Of a DNA stretch of 64,000 nucleotides, positions 37,521 through 53,465 are shown piece after piece. Positions within the stretch are counted from its first letter, which is position 1; every line of letters begins with the position of its first letter. A model generated the notes under the pieces. It ran no database searches. It saw only the letters and a list, made by a program, of their open reading frames with translations, and was not told the DNA's origin. The position numbers were made by a program, and so were the translations under genes. Source of the stretch: Tricharina praecox (taxonomy: Eukaryota); the NCBI RefSeq assembly GCF_024521635.1, contig NW_026250404.1:2418001-2482000 (forward strand). Reading direction: 5' to 3'.

Positions 37521-37966
37521 GAGTCGACGTCTAGAGGCGGGCATCGGTCTCGCGTAAGCGTGTTGGCCCTTGGAAGCTAGCCCGCTCTCCGGCCTTTTTC
37601 ATTCAAGGTGCTGTCCCTCTGTTCTGTCCGGTCGAAGCAACTCTCACAATACTACATTTCAATCCTCTACATCATTGCAATCCTCTACGTCCTCACCGTC
37701 CGCTCCTCACCGTCCGCTCCTCGAAATACGCTGCGCGCAATTTGCTACTCACAATACGCCGCATAATTCGATCCTTCCATCCTCCCGCCTCCCCGTCCAT
37801 CCACTCTCCCGCCGCCCCTTCCATCCGCTCGTCCGCCTCTCAAAACCATCCACTCTCCGCCATTCATTCTACACCCCCTCCTCTCCACCACCATTCAACG
37901 CTCTCTCCGCCCCGCCGCCACTCATTCCGCCAGTCTATAAACCCACCACCCTCACCACCAGCCACG

Positions 37967-38431
37967 ATGTCTCTGTCCCTCGAAGACAGCAGCAACACCT
38001 TCCCCCTCGCCCCGGCCGCCGCCTTCCCCAGAATGGCCACGACCTTCCACACGCTCACCAAGCACGAGTCGATCGACCACCCACCCCAAACCCTTGTCGA
38101 CAGCGCCCGCAACCTCTTCTTCGTCACCGCCCTCGAAAAATGGAACGAGCAAGTCAACCCTACCAAGGTGTTCGTGCCGAGTCGTCTCCGCCATTGCGAG
38201 GTTCCGCCGTCTGACGAGAAGGCTGCCGCTACTATTGCTGCCGATGAACGGAAGGAGAGGCTTGAAAATGAGGAGAGGGAAAAGAGGTTTGAGTTGCAGA
38301 TGATGAGAACTCAGGCGATGTACGAAAGGTTGAGGAGGAGGCAGTTGAGGCGGGAGGAGTTGGAGAACAAGGAGGAGGAGAAGAAGGAAGAGGAGGATGA
38401 CAACGAGGAGGACGAAATTCTGGTGGCGTAG
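37967..38431 (+). CDS. Hypothetical protein, 154 aa, with charged coiled-coil C-terminus
   Basis: ATG in ccacgATG context 30 bp after TATAAA (37936); strong C-ending codon bias; E/R/K-rich tail. Confidence 0.65.
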   Translation: MSLSLEDSSNTFPLAPAAAFPRMATTFHTLTKHESIDHPPQTLVDSARNLFFVTALEKWNEQVNPTKVFVPSRLRHCEVPPSDEKAAATIAADERKERLENEEREKRFELQMMRTQAMYERLRRRQLRREELENKEEEKKEEEDDNEEDEILVA

Positions 38432-39309
38432 GTTCAGGGAGATTGCGATCGTGAAGGTGGACTTAATAGGGCTGGAGAGGGCTTACTCTGTGGATATATA
38501 TCTTAATGTGGTCTTCGGTACTATTGTTCTTGCGTTGATGATGATGTTGTACACATATTCTTGCGGTATCTTTCGCCTAGGCACAAGCGTCTGACGTTTT
38601 CGGGGATTGTTAATACTAAATACCTAATTCATCCCATCGTGCGGTATTATCTGCCAACTCCCGGTTGCAATCTGCATTCGGCTGTGCTAGTTCTGTCTAT
38701 TTGTGGTAGCGTGCATAGAATCGGCAAAGTCAACGACCATTGTCGTGTGAGTCGCTAGATAGTAGTCATGTTTCGGTTTCTCGAGGAGCCATAACTTTTA
38801 AGCAGAGCCAGGAAGAAGAAGGCGGGAGTGGTCTATAAGTATGCCCTTGATGTCCCATTAATGCAAACAGATGCAACCGCGTTCATGGATATCACTCGGT
38901 TAGATAGATTCATGAATATCACTCGGCAAGATGGATTACGATGGGTGTATGATTCCACCGGTGACAGCCTTTCTATTCGCACACACACCTCACTCTTCCT
39001 CGGTCTTCTTTCCGAGTGGACGTTCATGATTTGAATACAAAACCAGAATCCATAGATTATGCAAGTGATGTAAGTACAATCAAAATTCCGTCCAGCAATA
39101 CGTATGGTGCCTGAGTCATCTCGGAAGGTTAGACGTAGACTCTACAACATCCTGTAACTCCAAACCCGATAAGGAATTGAGACAGAAGGATTTCCACCTC
39201 ACCTGTCGCTGACTCCCATGACTTATTCATCCAAGTCTATTCAAGTCCTCGACAGCAGATCACTATTCGTGATTAAACAGATCAGCCTCACGAACGCCAG
39301 AATCATTGA

Positions 39310-39992
39310 TTAGCCAGGTGCAGAGGGCCACAAGTGACAGCCTCCATACTTGGCGGAACGGGAAAACGGCCAAACAAAACTCCGAGCACTTCACCAAATG
39401 TCGGCTCCTCCATCGTCGTCGTCGTCATCATCGTCGTGGTGGGAGGGGAGGAGGGGGACAACATACGGCAGCCAGAAGCCCACAGTTACCGCGTTGAACA
39501 GCGCCACCACCCACATCTGGTCCCCGGTGTAACGCGAGAACGCCTACACATCACACATCAGCTGCGATCATCACGCATCGCTCGGCGCCAGCGGGTAGAA
39601 ATTGGAGCACATACATTCTGGAACCGGATCAAGCAGCGATCCACCCTCACGTCTGCGGCTATTTTCTGCATCGTGCGCTGCGCCTGTACCGCATCCCACC
39701 GACACTCCGTCACCTCGACCACGGCGCTGACAGGGGTTTCCAGCGTCATCATCGTGCGCTTCCGCCACAGCGGGCTGTTCACCAGCTTCGACGGGTTCAC
39801 CTGACACTGCCACTTCGTGAGCGCGTTGCCGTAGTACTGCTGCTCTTTCACCCCGCGGTACCAGACTGGTCCCCGCGTGGCGGCCAGGTGGTGTTTCTGT
39901 AGCGTGAAGAAGGTGCTCGGTGGTGGATGGCCGGGCCGCTCGGGTGCGCGGTAGGGCGGCGTCAGTGGGTTGCGGTAGTTTCTCCGAGACAT
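39310..39992 (-). CDS. Hypothetical protein, at least 2 exons; 3' end uncertain (39391 or 39310)
   Basis: 126-codon first exon; GTATGT...GCTGAT...TAG intron 39614-39544 continues AFSRYTGDQMWVVALFNAVTVGFWLP. Confidence 0.55.
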
Positions 39993-41011
39993 GATTGTGG
40001 GCTGGCTGGGGAATTCTGCTAGTGAAGTCTAAAGATGCCGAGAGGATGGGCTGATGGACGGATGAGGAATGTGTGGGAAATGGTAGATATAGTAGTCCAC
40101 AGGTGTCCTTCCATTCTATGGCAAGAACGGGGCGCTTTTAGAGTGCCTCCCGTCGAAAGGCCTTCGTGTTGAAAGGCATGTTTGTCTGCACTCGGACTTT
40201 CAAACAGAATCACCATGAAGCACTGCAAGCGGTGTGGACTGGTGTGATTGGCGGGTGGTAGACCAATCATACTCTAGTTCTCCAAATTAGAATAGAAAGT
40301 GGCAGAGCCAGGAAATATCTCGATTCGTCAGAACAAGCGCGAGCGAGTGGACCTGCTGGGTCTCCATTCATAGAGAAAACTAGCCTGATGCAAACCGAAT
40401 CGCCGGTAATCCTAAGAAAATGCTCGGAGGTGTCGCTTCGACGCTCACTCGTTAGCAAACACTGGGGCCCTGTAGAAGAAGTCCCGCTGTTACCTCGATT
40501 TCAGCCCATCCTCCGTCTCACGAACTCATGCCCCTTAGCAAAGATGAAAAATACTGACCCATTACCTTCACATCCACCGCCCACCCTCATCTCAAGTCGA
40601 GATAATCACCCACCCATCCCGTAGGCTCGGCATGGAAGGCTTCGCTCTCGGGCATTAAAAAGAGTGCAAATCACTCAAATTACTGTGAAGTGGCCCCTTG
40701 AAGGCTTGCTACGGTAGATGGAATGAAAGGTCAATCGTACAAGTGGGTGTACCTTACCTAATTGAAGTAAAATCGCGTCAGATTTAAAGGAAGGATGTGA
40801 GGCATTTCTGTTGGGTTGTGCCAACGGCAGGCGGGTCCAGTGGTTTCGTGTGAGCAGTTGGGGTCAGGGGTAGATTGTTTGAAGGCCGAGTGATTCAACC
40901 GTGCTTTGAAGTCTCCATTATAAAGCAGCTCTCCTCCCAAGTCCCCTTTATTTACGTCGGACATGCTCTGCATATCCCTTAGTATTACATATTCACTATC
41001 TACACCCCCGT

Positions 41012-42703
<1,692 letters not shown>

Positions 42704-44369
42704 GTTTGCGGCGCCCGTGTTTGTAGGTATGTGTATGTGTGTGTGTGGCGGGAATGCATGCAGCAGCGGTTGGTTCCCGCTCTATATAGGTATGTAAATG
42801 GGATTCAATCCGGGGGAGTAGATTGTCGCTGTGATTCCTACGTACACGACTATAAACTTGCCCCCATAGTTCGTAGTTCGTATTGCGTCTTGACGTCGGG
42901 GTATTGGGGTCCGATGGGTAACTACCTAGGCTAAGCTGCCTACATACCTAGTGCTCTTCCCCGGATGTACTTGTACGTAGGAGTCGTAGGGAACCGTACA
43001 TATCATAGCGATATTCAGGGGCCCGAAAGTGACCGGATATTAGCCGAACTCCATGCATGCTCGGGAGTGGGGAAGGCGAGCTGGGAAGGCGAGCTAGAAT
43101 TCGGCAACGGCTACTTAGGTAAGCAGTTTCATCTTCACCGTGAATCACTTGTCGTGTCCCGATTGAACGAACAATTTCCCGATGGCTCTGCCATCCCGTA
43201 TTCGAAGATGGCTATAGTGCATCCTAGTAAATCACGAAAATCGGACAAAGCGTACCGTTGCAGGAATGGAAAGGGAAGCATGCCGAATTCCCGTTGATAA
43301 CGCACGCTGCAGTAGGGTGTTCTGAGAATCATCATCTGCCATAGTTGAAAGCCTCTGACAAAGATCCAGTGCCAGTATCGGTACTGCAATTTTACTGCAA
43401 TCGTATTCGGGATTCTGTTGCCGAACTGGTAGAGTCTAGTAGCAGTACTGGTATTTATGGACAACGTTGTCCTTCGACTGCTATTGTAGCTGAAAACGTG
43501 TTGTCTATTGAGTGCGGCTGGGTCAACTCCACCAAAGTGCGGCTAAAGCGCTACAGAATTTAAAGGATTACGTGCTACGGCAGGAACGGTTGCACGACCG
43601 TCTTACTACGGAGTGACTGAGATCGAAAACGTCATTTCACAGCGTGGCGAAACATGAATACGCATTTCTTTTACCAATGTATCCAATCCAAAGACCACCG
43701 CCATAGTACGGGATTCTCAGCTATCATTCGCATTAACGTCAATGTGGTAACAGTATCGTAGCGCTATCGTAGTGATAAAAACAGGTATTCCATTAGGTGA
43801 GCGAATCCAATCAGGAGATATCACTCGGCATAAACGGCTGCACGTCGTATCCTTCGGGATATCGAGATACCAGCGGCGCCACATCGTGCTGGCTGGTAAC
43901 GGGGTCTCAGCTCCCGGCCGGCCAGAGTGGGCAGCAAAGAAGTGCGACGGTTCGCCATGGTCTAGATAGGTAGGCTACATGCGAAATCAACTGAAGATCT
44001 CTCTTTTACCCAGGCCGTATGCAACTTCAATCCGACGATGAACCCCAAGAAAACCGAGTGATACAACTGCTAGCCTTCAAATGCACTCCCCAGGGCAAAA
44101 ATTGAACGGTATTCTACGCGCTGATAGTATAAAATCATCTGCCTCTCTAGCTCCCTTTCCTTTTTCACGATCAGATCACCCACCACTTTTGAGTCCTAAA
44201 CCATGTAAACCAGGCCTTAACTTCCATTCTAGTAAGCTGAGCCCACTGCACTCATTCAAGGTGCGAACCCACCCTCGAATACTCTATAAAATCGTTTCCC
44301 CAAGGCAGTCGGCCGCAACTACCACCGTCGAACATAGGTAAACATCTCCCGACCACACAGCTAGTAACC

Positions 44370-44705
44370 ATGCCTTCATCGATACCAACAATATCATCGA
44401 GCACCACAGAGAGTAACATCCTACACATACGCATGACCGTTTCCAGCCGCGACCTGGCGCCGGACACCGAGGTTGAATGGCCGGACCCCGATACTTCTAA
44501 TACTATTACCACCGCAGCAGAGCAGGCCGCAAGACTGGAGACTCTACTTTGCCCCGAGGATGTGCGCAGTGAACGTAGAAAGGTGCTTTTAGAAAACCTT
44601 TTATCGCACGATTGGCGGGATATTAGAGCGAACATCCTGGCGACGCAGGGGAAGAGGCGTGGGGATCTTGATACTAGATCTACCACGGTACTACCGTGTG
44701 AATAG
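44370..44705 (+). CDS. Small hypothetical protein, 111 aa
   Basis: ATG ORF (accATG) 85 bp after TATAAAA at 44285; no family recognised. Confidence 0.4.
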   Translation: MPSSIPTISSSTTESNILHIRMTVSSRDLAPDTEVEWPDPDTSNTITTAAEQAARLETLLCPEDVRSERRKVLLENLLSHDWRDIRANILATQGKRRGDLDTRSTTVLPCE

Positions 44706-46223
44706 TGGAATCGCCATCTGATGGAGTTTTGATTGAGCGTGGGCTGTGGGGAAGGGATAACTACATCTACTTGTTGTTTACTCACGCTCATTGGACGAGA
44801 TCAGTACAATAGTAGAGTAAACGCCGGATGAGGTTGCCGCTGTGCGAGGGAGTTTCCACGTGGACGGCAGTGGTGCTGCTCTATGTAGAGTCTACCTATG
44901 CCTTCTACATATCGGCGACCCACGTGGAGATCATCGATGCGTTGGTTACCCTCCAATCGGGTGCAGGAGTGGAAGCTTATGTCTTATTTGTTTTTTCCGA
45001 TTCATCTTGACTGGTAGAGACCAGACATCTGACGGACGCCTCCGAAAATAGAATCTCGAGTGACACCTGATGCAAACAGTAACACAGCCCCAGCTTTGAC
45101 CGAACGGCCGGAAAAGCTTGACATGGATTCTGCATGGATGATGGCACCGCACAACATGATTCGGCGATAGCGATACGGTGGCTATTGTGGGATCAGATCT
45201 CGGAGTGGGGAGGCTCGGCTTTGGTTTCTCGGCCGTGAATTGAGGCGTTGCCGGTGAGGCGCTCACAGCGAGGCGCACCTCTCGCGTGCTGACTGTGCCT
45301 GCATCGAATAACGGAGTGAGTATTAACAACACTTAAATCTGCAGAAATCAAGAATTAAAAAGCAGATGTTCACTCTCTCCTTGATTGGCTGGCTACCTCC
45401 ACGCCTTGCTTCGTGGGCGCCCCTGCATCCGGCTTGTCGGTATGCAGCACATGGCCAGCGACCACGGTGCCGCGGGCTGGCCCCAAGCGCATCGGGAAAA
45501 CGGACACGGCGAGTTCCCCGCGAAACACAACGGCCTACCAGTAGCCCCTCTTCTCTATATGCCATATACGTAGAGCATGCATAGCAGCTCGACGTGAATT
45601 GAACCTTCTCTCTTTGTCGTCTTTCCGTTCGGTAACTTCGGCTTCCGGCGGACTTCGCGGTCGCAGGCTGGTCAACACGGCCGAAGCTGCTAACGTCATT
45701 CTCGGCAGACTCCAGAGTAGCTTAGCTGGCGACAAAGCTTGCGCATGATCCGCACACAGCCGCACCTAAGCGGACAGCTGAACCGGGGGTGAGACATGAC
45801 GATGGCATTTTCTGGAACACTGCGAGAATTGGGAGCATTTGCCATATGGAGCTGCAGCAGCTAGTGGGAGTGCAGCAGCCCCCGCCACAGCACACAGCTT
45901 TGATGCCTCGATACCGACATGTGCCGCTGTGCGTCTGGCCCAGCCGGGCGAAACCCTTCCCAGCCACTCGGACGAACCGTGTACATTGGTCAGTCGGGAA
46001 GTCTGTCTCTCTTCGGTCTTCGGTCTGCAAAAAGATAAAACCCGCCCAGCTTCCTTCTTCCATTGTCCTTCCTTCTGCTTCATCATCAGTCGAGTCCTCC
46101 TTCGCGGTCCCACCACCCCCCCACAGCAAGCAAATCGGATATCTCAACATCCCCCCCCCCCCCCCCCCCCCACAGCTAGTATACCTTGATACCAGTGTCT
46201 CTGCTCGCAGTGCCACTGCAACA

Positions 46224-47962
46224 ATGGGCGTCCTCTCCGACATACCCATCGCACGTCCGACCACCGTCGACGTCGTGACGCTGCTACGCAATGCTTTCCT
46301 CCTCGGTGCAGTCTACCTCGTCACTCTCGTCGTGTATCGGCTCGTCTTCCACCCGCTCGCAAAGTATCCGGGCCCTTTCCTCGCAAAGATCACCGACTGG
46401 TATGTCCCCCGCTTCTGCCCTGTTTTTGATATATTGAGGTTTCCTGCCGAATTGCCGCAGAGTGGTGGTTGCTTGCCGTATTGCCGGATCGCTGACTCGG
46501 CCGAATGGTGACAGGAACACTGCCTGGCATGCCTTCAAGGGCGATCGCTACATGGATCTCTACGAGGCGCACCGGAAGTACGGTCCCGTGGTCCGCGTCG
46601 CTCCCAACATGCTCAGCTTCAACACCGCCACGGCCCTCAAGAGCATCTACGGCCACTCGAACGTCTCGCGCCACATCCAGAAGGGCCAGTTCTACTCCGC
46701 ATACCCCGCCGTCAAGGGCGTGCACAACACCCACAATGCCATCTCGAAGCTGGAGCATGGCTTCAAGCGGCGTGTGCTCTCGGTCGCCTTCAGCGAGGCC
46801 GCCTTGAAGAGTATGGAGGGTGCTGTGATGGATGCCGTCGATACGCTCCTCGAGGGTTTCCGCAGGGATGGTGCCAAGGGTGTTGATATAGGAGAACGCT
46901 TCTCGTGGTTTACTTTCGATGTCATGGGTGATCTTTGTTTCGGAAAGTCCTTTGGCATGTTGAAGGATGAGACCCAACGCTTCGTGACGGACTTGATCAG
47001 CAAGGCTACGCACAACCATTACATCGTAAGTTCATGCATCCCCCCGCCTTGAAGTTGAAGAGCAGCCACTGACTGTCTACTTTTTGCAGTGCGGAAACTA
47101 TCTCCCCATCAGACGGATGGGCTTGGGCCGTTTTCTCTTCCCCACCATTGCTCGTGACCGCTGGCGCTTCATTGAGCATTCGCGAGCCTGCGCCAACGAG
47201 CGAATGAAGATGGACCACTCGGCGAAGAAGGACTTCTTCTACTACCTCCTCAACGCCAAGGACTCCGAGACCGGCAAGGGCTTCTCGACCAAGGAGCTTT
47301 GGGGTGAGGCCAATGTCCTGATGATCGCCGGCTCCGACACCACCGCCACCGCGCTCTCGTCGACCGTCTTCCACCTTTGCCGCAACCCCGACAAGCTCGC
47401 CAAGCTCCAAGCCGAGATCCGATCGACCTTCGCCTCACCCGAGGACATCGTCACCGGCAAGGAACTGGCCGACTGCCACTACCTCAAGGCGTGCGTCGAC
47501 GAGGCCATGCGCGTTTCCCCTCCCGTTCCCGGTCTCCTGCCCAGGGAAGTCATCTCGGCGTGCAAGATCGACGGTCTCGACATCCCCGAGGGCACCGGCG
47601 TCGGCGTCCCCATCTACACCATCCACCACAACCCGGAATACTACCCGGAGCCGTTCGAGTACCGTCCCGAGCGCTGGATGCACGGCGACGAGGAGCAGCT
47701 CGAGATCGCGCGCTCAGCGTTCAATCCGTTCTCGCTCGGCGCGCGCGGCTGCATCGGAAAGAGTGTCGCGTACATGGAGCTGCGACTCGCGATCGCAAAG
47801 CTGGTCTGGAGCTTCGAGATGAAGCAGATCGTCACCGAGGGCAAGGCTGAGTGCTGGCGCGAGGGCTTCGCGGCTAGGGAGGGAGAGTATAGGCTGATGG
47901 ATCACTTTACGAGCAAAAAGGAGGGGCCGATTGTGGCGATTACGCCGAGGGAGCGTGCGTAG
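46224..47962 (+). CDS. Cytochrome P450 (benzoate-4-monooxygenase-like group), 3 exons, about 519 aa
   Basis: TM anchor plus [10 protein letters not shown]-helix AGSDTT; EAMR (ExxR); PERW; heme motif [10 protein letters not shown]; introns 46400-46514 and 47026-47089; exon sum 1560 nt. Confidence 0.96.
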
Positions 47963-48479
47963 TGAGTCTTTTTCATTCTGTTTTCTGGGACAATTGGGGT
48001 TTGGGGGGGTTACATGGATGGACTTTTGGGCTTTGATTATCATCTGCATGTTCTTTTTCTGGTTCTTTTTCTTGTCTTTTCAACGATAGCATTTTTATGA
48101 GGAACGTTGGTTGAGTTTTTATGTATCTGGGCAGCAATTTATATTCCATCTTGCACAATATCCTGAACTGTGTCTGGCTGAGATCAACTCAACTCTCGAC
48201 CCATGGATGAGGACGGATACCTATGCGTGGTTCAGCTGTAGCCAGGGGGATGCAAGCCGTTGCAGGCCGTTGCTTCTTCCCCCGCGCAGAAAGCACGGGC
48301 CCTTCCACGTCCGCTCGTGGCACGTGCGGCGCACGCCCCTTCGCGGCGCGGCTACCGTCGGCTTCTCCCTCTCAACTGTGGGGTCGCCAGGATGTGCCCA
48401 TGGCCCATTTATGACGTCGCATGCCGACTACGCGGATTGTTATTCAACACTCTATTCGGACGGGCGGATGAGAGTGTTC

Positions 48480-48770
48480 CGGGACGTGGAGTTCTTTCAA
48501 AGTGAAGAGGGGAGGGGAGTAAAGAGAGGATGTTCGGACAAATGTGCATAGCTTTTCCGTGAGTATGTGCCTACATAGGTGGAGTGGAGTACTATGAGAA
48601 TTGATATGGTTTAGAGATGTGCGGGAGTCGCGTCGCGTGGAGATCATTCTGTGTGTGAGAAAAAATAGGTGCGAGGTTCGGACGAACGTGCATGGCTTTT
48701 CCGTGAGTAGGGTATGTAGGTGGAGTAAACATATGATCTGGAGTGGGGTGGAGTTGAGTGAGTGCTGTCG
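48480..48770. repeat. Degenerate tandem duplication, period about 145 bp
   Basis: gttcggac-aa-gtgcat-gcttttccgtgagta...taggtggagt at 48532 and 48676. Confidence 0.75.
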
Positions 48771-49007
48771 CACGAGAGTTCGCTCGGTGTTGAACGTTCT
48801 CGTCGGCCGGATCTAAATTAAGCCTTGCCCCATCTCACGCATCTTATATCGCAGGCTCACAGCAGCCATAACATCATGGGCGATCATGTCATCACTTGGA
48901 AAGTTGATTGTGAACCGTGAACAAGAACAGATGAATTCTTCCGTCTGTCATGCGCTCGAACCAATACCTAGACTAACAACATTCCCGATATCTCCCAAAA
49001 AAAAAAA

Positions 49008-49074
49008 ATCCGAAAAAGAAATCCGAAAAAGAAATCCGAAAAAGAAATCCGAAAAAGAAAACCGAAAAAAAGAA
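49008..49074. repeat. 13-bp minisatellite (ATCCGAAAAAGAA) x4-5 downstream of HPPD
   Basis: Four perfect units from 49008 plus one degenerate unit, preceded by an A run. Confidence 0.9.
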
Positions 49075-49145
49075 CAAAGCCTGCTCGGAATAATATCAAA
49101 CAAAGAGAATAAAAAAGAAACAACCTGGATCATGTGGTTCCTGTT

Positions 49146-50446
<1,301 letters not shown>

Positions 50447-50913
50447 GGTTATCGTGCGGTAATTCGGGAACGTTTGAGACTGAATGGATGGTCAAGCAGT
50501 GTCTCGATATTGATGGAAGTAAAATCGGGGCGACGTTGGGGGAGGCGAGGAAGGAGTCAATATATCTTCATTCACGTCCCTCATCGCTCGGATACCTGAT
50601 ACCATCTTTCCCCGCCATTCACGGTCTCTTGCTGGACCGGTAGGTCATCTCGTCCGACTTGATGATGATAAGCATAGCTCTCACCTCCATTCCTATCTTG
50701 CCATCTCAAGCCGACGCTTACCGCCGGCCACCCTCGGCTTGCACCGGATGACGTCGTAACGCACCGTCCAGACGCGCAAGCAGATCCCGTGGCTTGCCGG
50801 GCAAATATAGTGTAGCCTGGACCTTCTCTAGACGCGAGCGCTCGAGAGATACAGGTACCCCTCCATTCCCCGGTGCTCCTCCAAATCCCTTCCCATATCA
50901 AACCACAGACACA
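50447..50913. promoter_or_regulatory. Putative bidirectional promoter for hppD and the TTC36-like gene
   Basis: 467 bp between divergent ATGs; several CGG/CCG triplets and the inverted repeat TTGCC-G-GGCAA at 50794-50804. Confidence 0.65.
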
Positions 50914-51498
50914 ATGACAACAGCAGCAACCCTCTCCCTCCACGACAGCAACACGCTCTCGCTCCTCTTCGACCCCGAGTCCTCACCCTCATCCACCACC
51001 GGGACCATATCCCCCTCACTACCGCCAGACCCACACTACCCATCCGCCGTCCTCCCACTCCTGCAAACCTTGGAGCGACAAGCCATCTCCCTCGCGGAAG
51101 CATCCCCAGCCGAGGCGCTCACCATCCTCTCCTCCCTGATCACCACATACCCGCAATACGCCAGCGCCTACAACAACCGCGCGCAGCTACTCCGGATCCT
51201 CTCGCACTCTTCCACCGAGATAACAGCGGACCTACGCACAGCGATTACCCTCGCTCGCCCTGCGCGGAGTATCGACGCCGTTTCACCGCTGCAGGCAAAA
51301 GTGCTGAGTAATTCGTATACGCAGCTGGGCGCGGTGCTGCTGAGCGAGGGGCGGGAGGAGGAGGCCGGGGAAGTGTTTCAGGCCGGCGCGAGGTATGGCG
51401 GCGAGGTCGCGAAGATGATGGCTGTTAAGTTTAATCCTGTCGCCAGGCTGTGTGGCGCGATTGTGAAGGAGGCGATGAGGAAGGAGATGGCGGGGTAG
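50914..51498 (+). CDS. TTC36-like tetratricopeptide repeat protein, probable HppD accessory factor (HmgX-like), single exon, 194 aa
   Basis: HDSNTLSLLFDP, LERQAISLAE, YASAYNNRAQ, DLRTAITLA, GARYG, NPVARLC match the TTC36 pattern as I recall it (DQAVLQAIFNP, ASAYNNRAQ, AARLG, NPYAALC). Confidence 0.85.
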   Translation: MTTAATLSLHDSNTLSLLFDPESSPSSTTGTISPSLPPDPHYPSAVLPLLQTLERQAISLAEASPAEALTILSSLITTYPQYASAYNNRAQLLRILSHSSTEITADLRTAITLARPARSIDAVSPLQAKVLSNSYTQLGAVLLSEGREEEAGEVFQAGARYGGEVAKMMAVKFNPVARLCGAIVKEAMRKEMAG

Positions 51499-52339
51499 AA
51501 GGTAGAACGCAAGGACTGGTTTTCGTTTTGGGTTGGAAGATACCGCGTTAGGTGTGCGGAGTGTGTGTGATTGTATATAGAGATGGTAATAGAGGAGACG
51601 GTTGTCCGTTTTTGGGAGGGCCGGTCATGAGATGTCACGTTGGAATGTTCTCACTGGCCGCAATGATAACTGAATGCGTAATGCTCGGTAACCTCTCATA
51701 ACTCTGACCAATATGTAATCCAAGTTAATCCGTAGCAAGCGAAGAAGGCGGAATCGTGGGATTGGATTGGATTACCTCGTCCTCGGCCTACTACCTTCAT
51801 CAACTATAGTTCGAACCGTCAACCACAATGGGCCATGGCATCGCCACAACCCCGTCACCAAAAAAAACTGCATAAACCACAAGCAGCACCTTGTCCCAAC
51901 TCCCCACTCCATCAGAGCAAAGGAAACCGAAATCACCATCACAGATGAGTTCGTTTGAAAGTCCTTTCTCTGTCCTCTTCCGAACACTCACGAAATCGGA
52001 TTAAACGCCAAATCCTGCATTGTTGCCGGTGATCCTCCTACTCTCCAATCACGAAGACGATACCTAGGGAGCTCCGCAGACTGCATTTCATGCCTCGTTC
52101 TGGGATGTCCGTCTGGCTGACCGCGCACTTGGCTGACCGCGCAGTCCTGGCGATATCCCGCGGATCATCGGTGATCCTAGTTCTCTTTTGGCATGTCTTA
52201 TACCTCCTCTTCTAGCTGCACCCTCACGCCTACAATGTATCTACATATATTGTACATGTCTATGCCGCAGAAACGTATCGACGGGGAATCGTTCTTTGGG
52301 AATTCTCTGGCAAGCTTACTGTGGTGAGCGATGGAGGAG

Positions 52340-52520
52340 CTGTCGGCGCGAGAAAACGGATATCGTTAGGTTAGTGGTGCGCATCGCCATTGGTGGGCAT
52401 AGCGGGATTTCTTCTTTTCCTTCTTTTCCTTCTCCTTCTTCTTCTTTCTTGACCATCATCTATCGAATAGGTAGACGATCAACCCTCCATCTTCGCCCCC
52501 TACTCTATGTGTGCTCATCG
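52340..52520. repeat. Dispersed repeat family A, copy 2 (5' half)
   Basis: gagaaaacggatatcgttaggttag ... tgaccatcatctatcgaatag..gacgatcaaccct..ctctatgtg. Confidence 0.7.
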
Positions 52521-53369
52521 AACGAGTGCGAGTACTCGCCTGAGACATCGCGAGGAAATACTTTTCTCTCTCGCCACTACGTTCTCTCTCTTGATACTTC
52601 TATCTCATTCACTCATTCTCTCTCGCTACTCCCCTTCATATTTGAAAAGAAAAGCCCTAGGACCATCATCTTCGGGTGTGGGTGACAAGAATAGCGGGCA
52701 CCTCTCGAGATTAACCCGTGAGCTGTCTGCCCGCACCCGTTCGTTTCCCTAGGAAGTCATCTGGTTCCTACCCTTGTGAAAAGCAGCGTATTGACACATG
52801 GAGTTGTCAAACTTTGGTTGCCCGGAGACGTCGGCGCCAATAAGGTTTCGCGGTTGAAGATCGAGACCAAGTCTCGACGGCCGCGACGGATTGTCTACGA
52901 GTATATGATTACGCGGCGGCGGCCAATTTTAAGCGGCACCTTAGTTTCAAAGAAAGGCCTCGCCGCGGACGATAGGCCCTTCTTTTCTTCTGCATCGAAT
53001 GAATTATCTCTTCTTGTCTACCCAAATATTCCAACAGGAGTCAAACTGGCTGGTAGTACTACCACTACCGCCGCAACCTGGGAAGTCGAGTCGTTTGTCT
53101 TGCAAGCGCCCGCCTACATTCTCGTCAAGTGTGAGCAAGGAGGTAGCACCCATCCAGTTGCCCACACGAACGTCCGCAGTTTTTGTACCCCGAGCTACCT
53201 CGCGGAACTGCTTCCTTGTGTCATCGGACGGAAGACTCGTTGCTGGAACTCTCGAGTAGGACCCTATGATACGTTCTTCCGGATTCCGAGTTGCCCGCAT
53301 CGCTAGACAAAGAATACCTCGAGGAGATATCACCGGATTTCCCAAATTCCAGAAACCACCCCTCCCTCG

Positions 53370-53465
53370 AGGTCTCAACCTCCCATCTCTGCTCCCTCCT
53401 CTGTGTGTGCGCAATTTCTCGTCCGAACGCCTATCGGCCTGGAGAGGAGTTGGCGAGGAGCCCGT
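53370..53465. repeat. Dispersed repeat family A, partial copy (3' half)
   Basis: ctcctctgtgtgtgcgc..tttctcgtc..tcggcctggagaggagttggc resembles 14030-14085 and 57680-57725. Confidence 0.6.

Noticed and set aside
38882..38938. Short tandem duplications (27 bp here; also 52114-52145, 53536-53595, 60241-60284)
   Set aside because: Ordinary local slippage duplicates with no evident function
49008..49074. Regular repeats as a CRISPR-like array
   Set aside because: No spacers, eukaryotic context; a simple minisatellite
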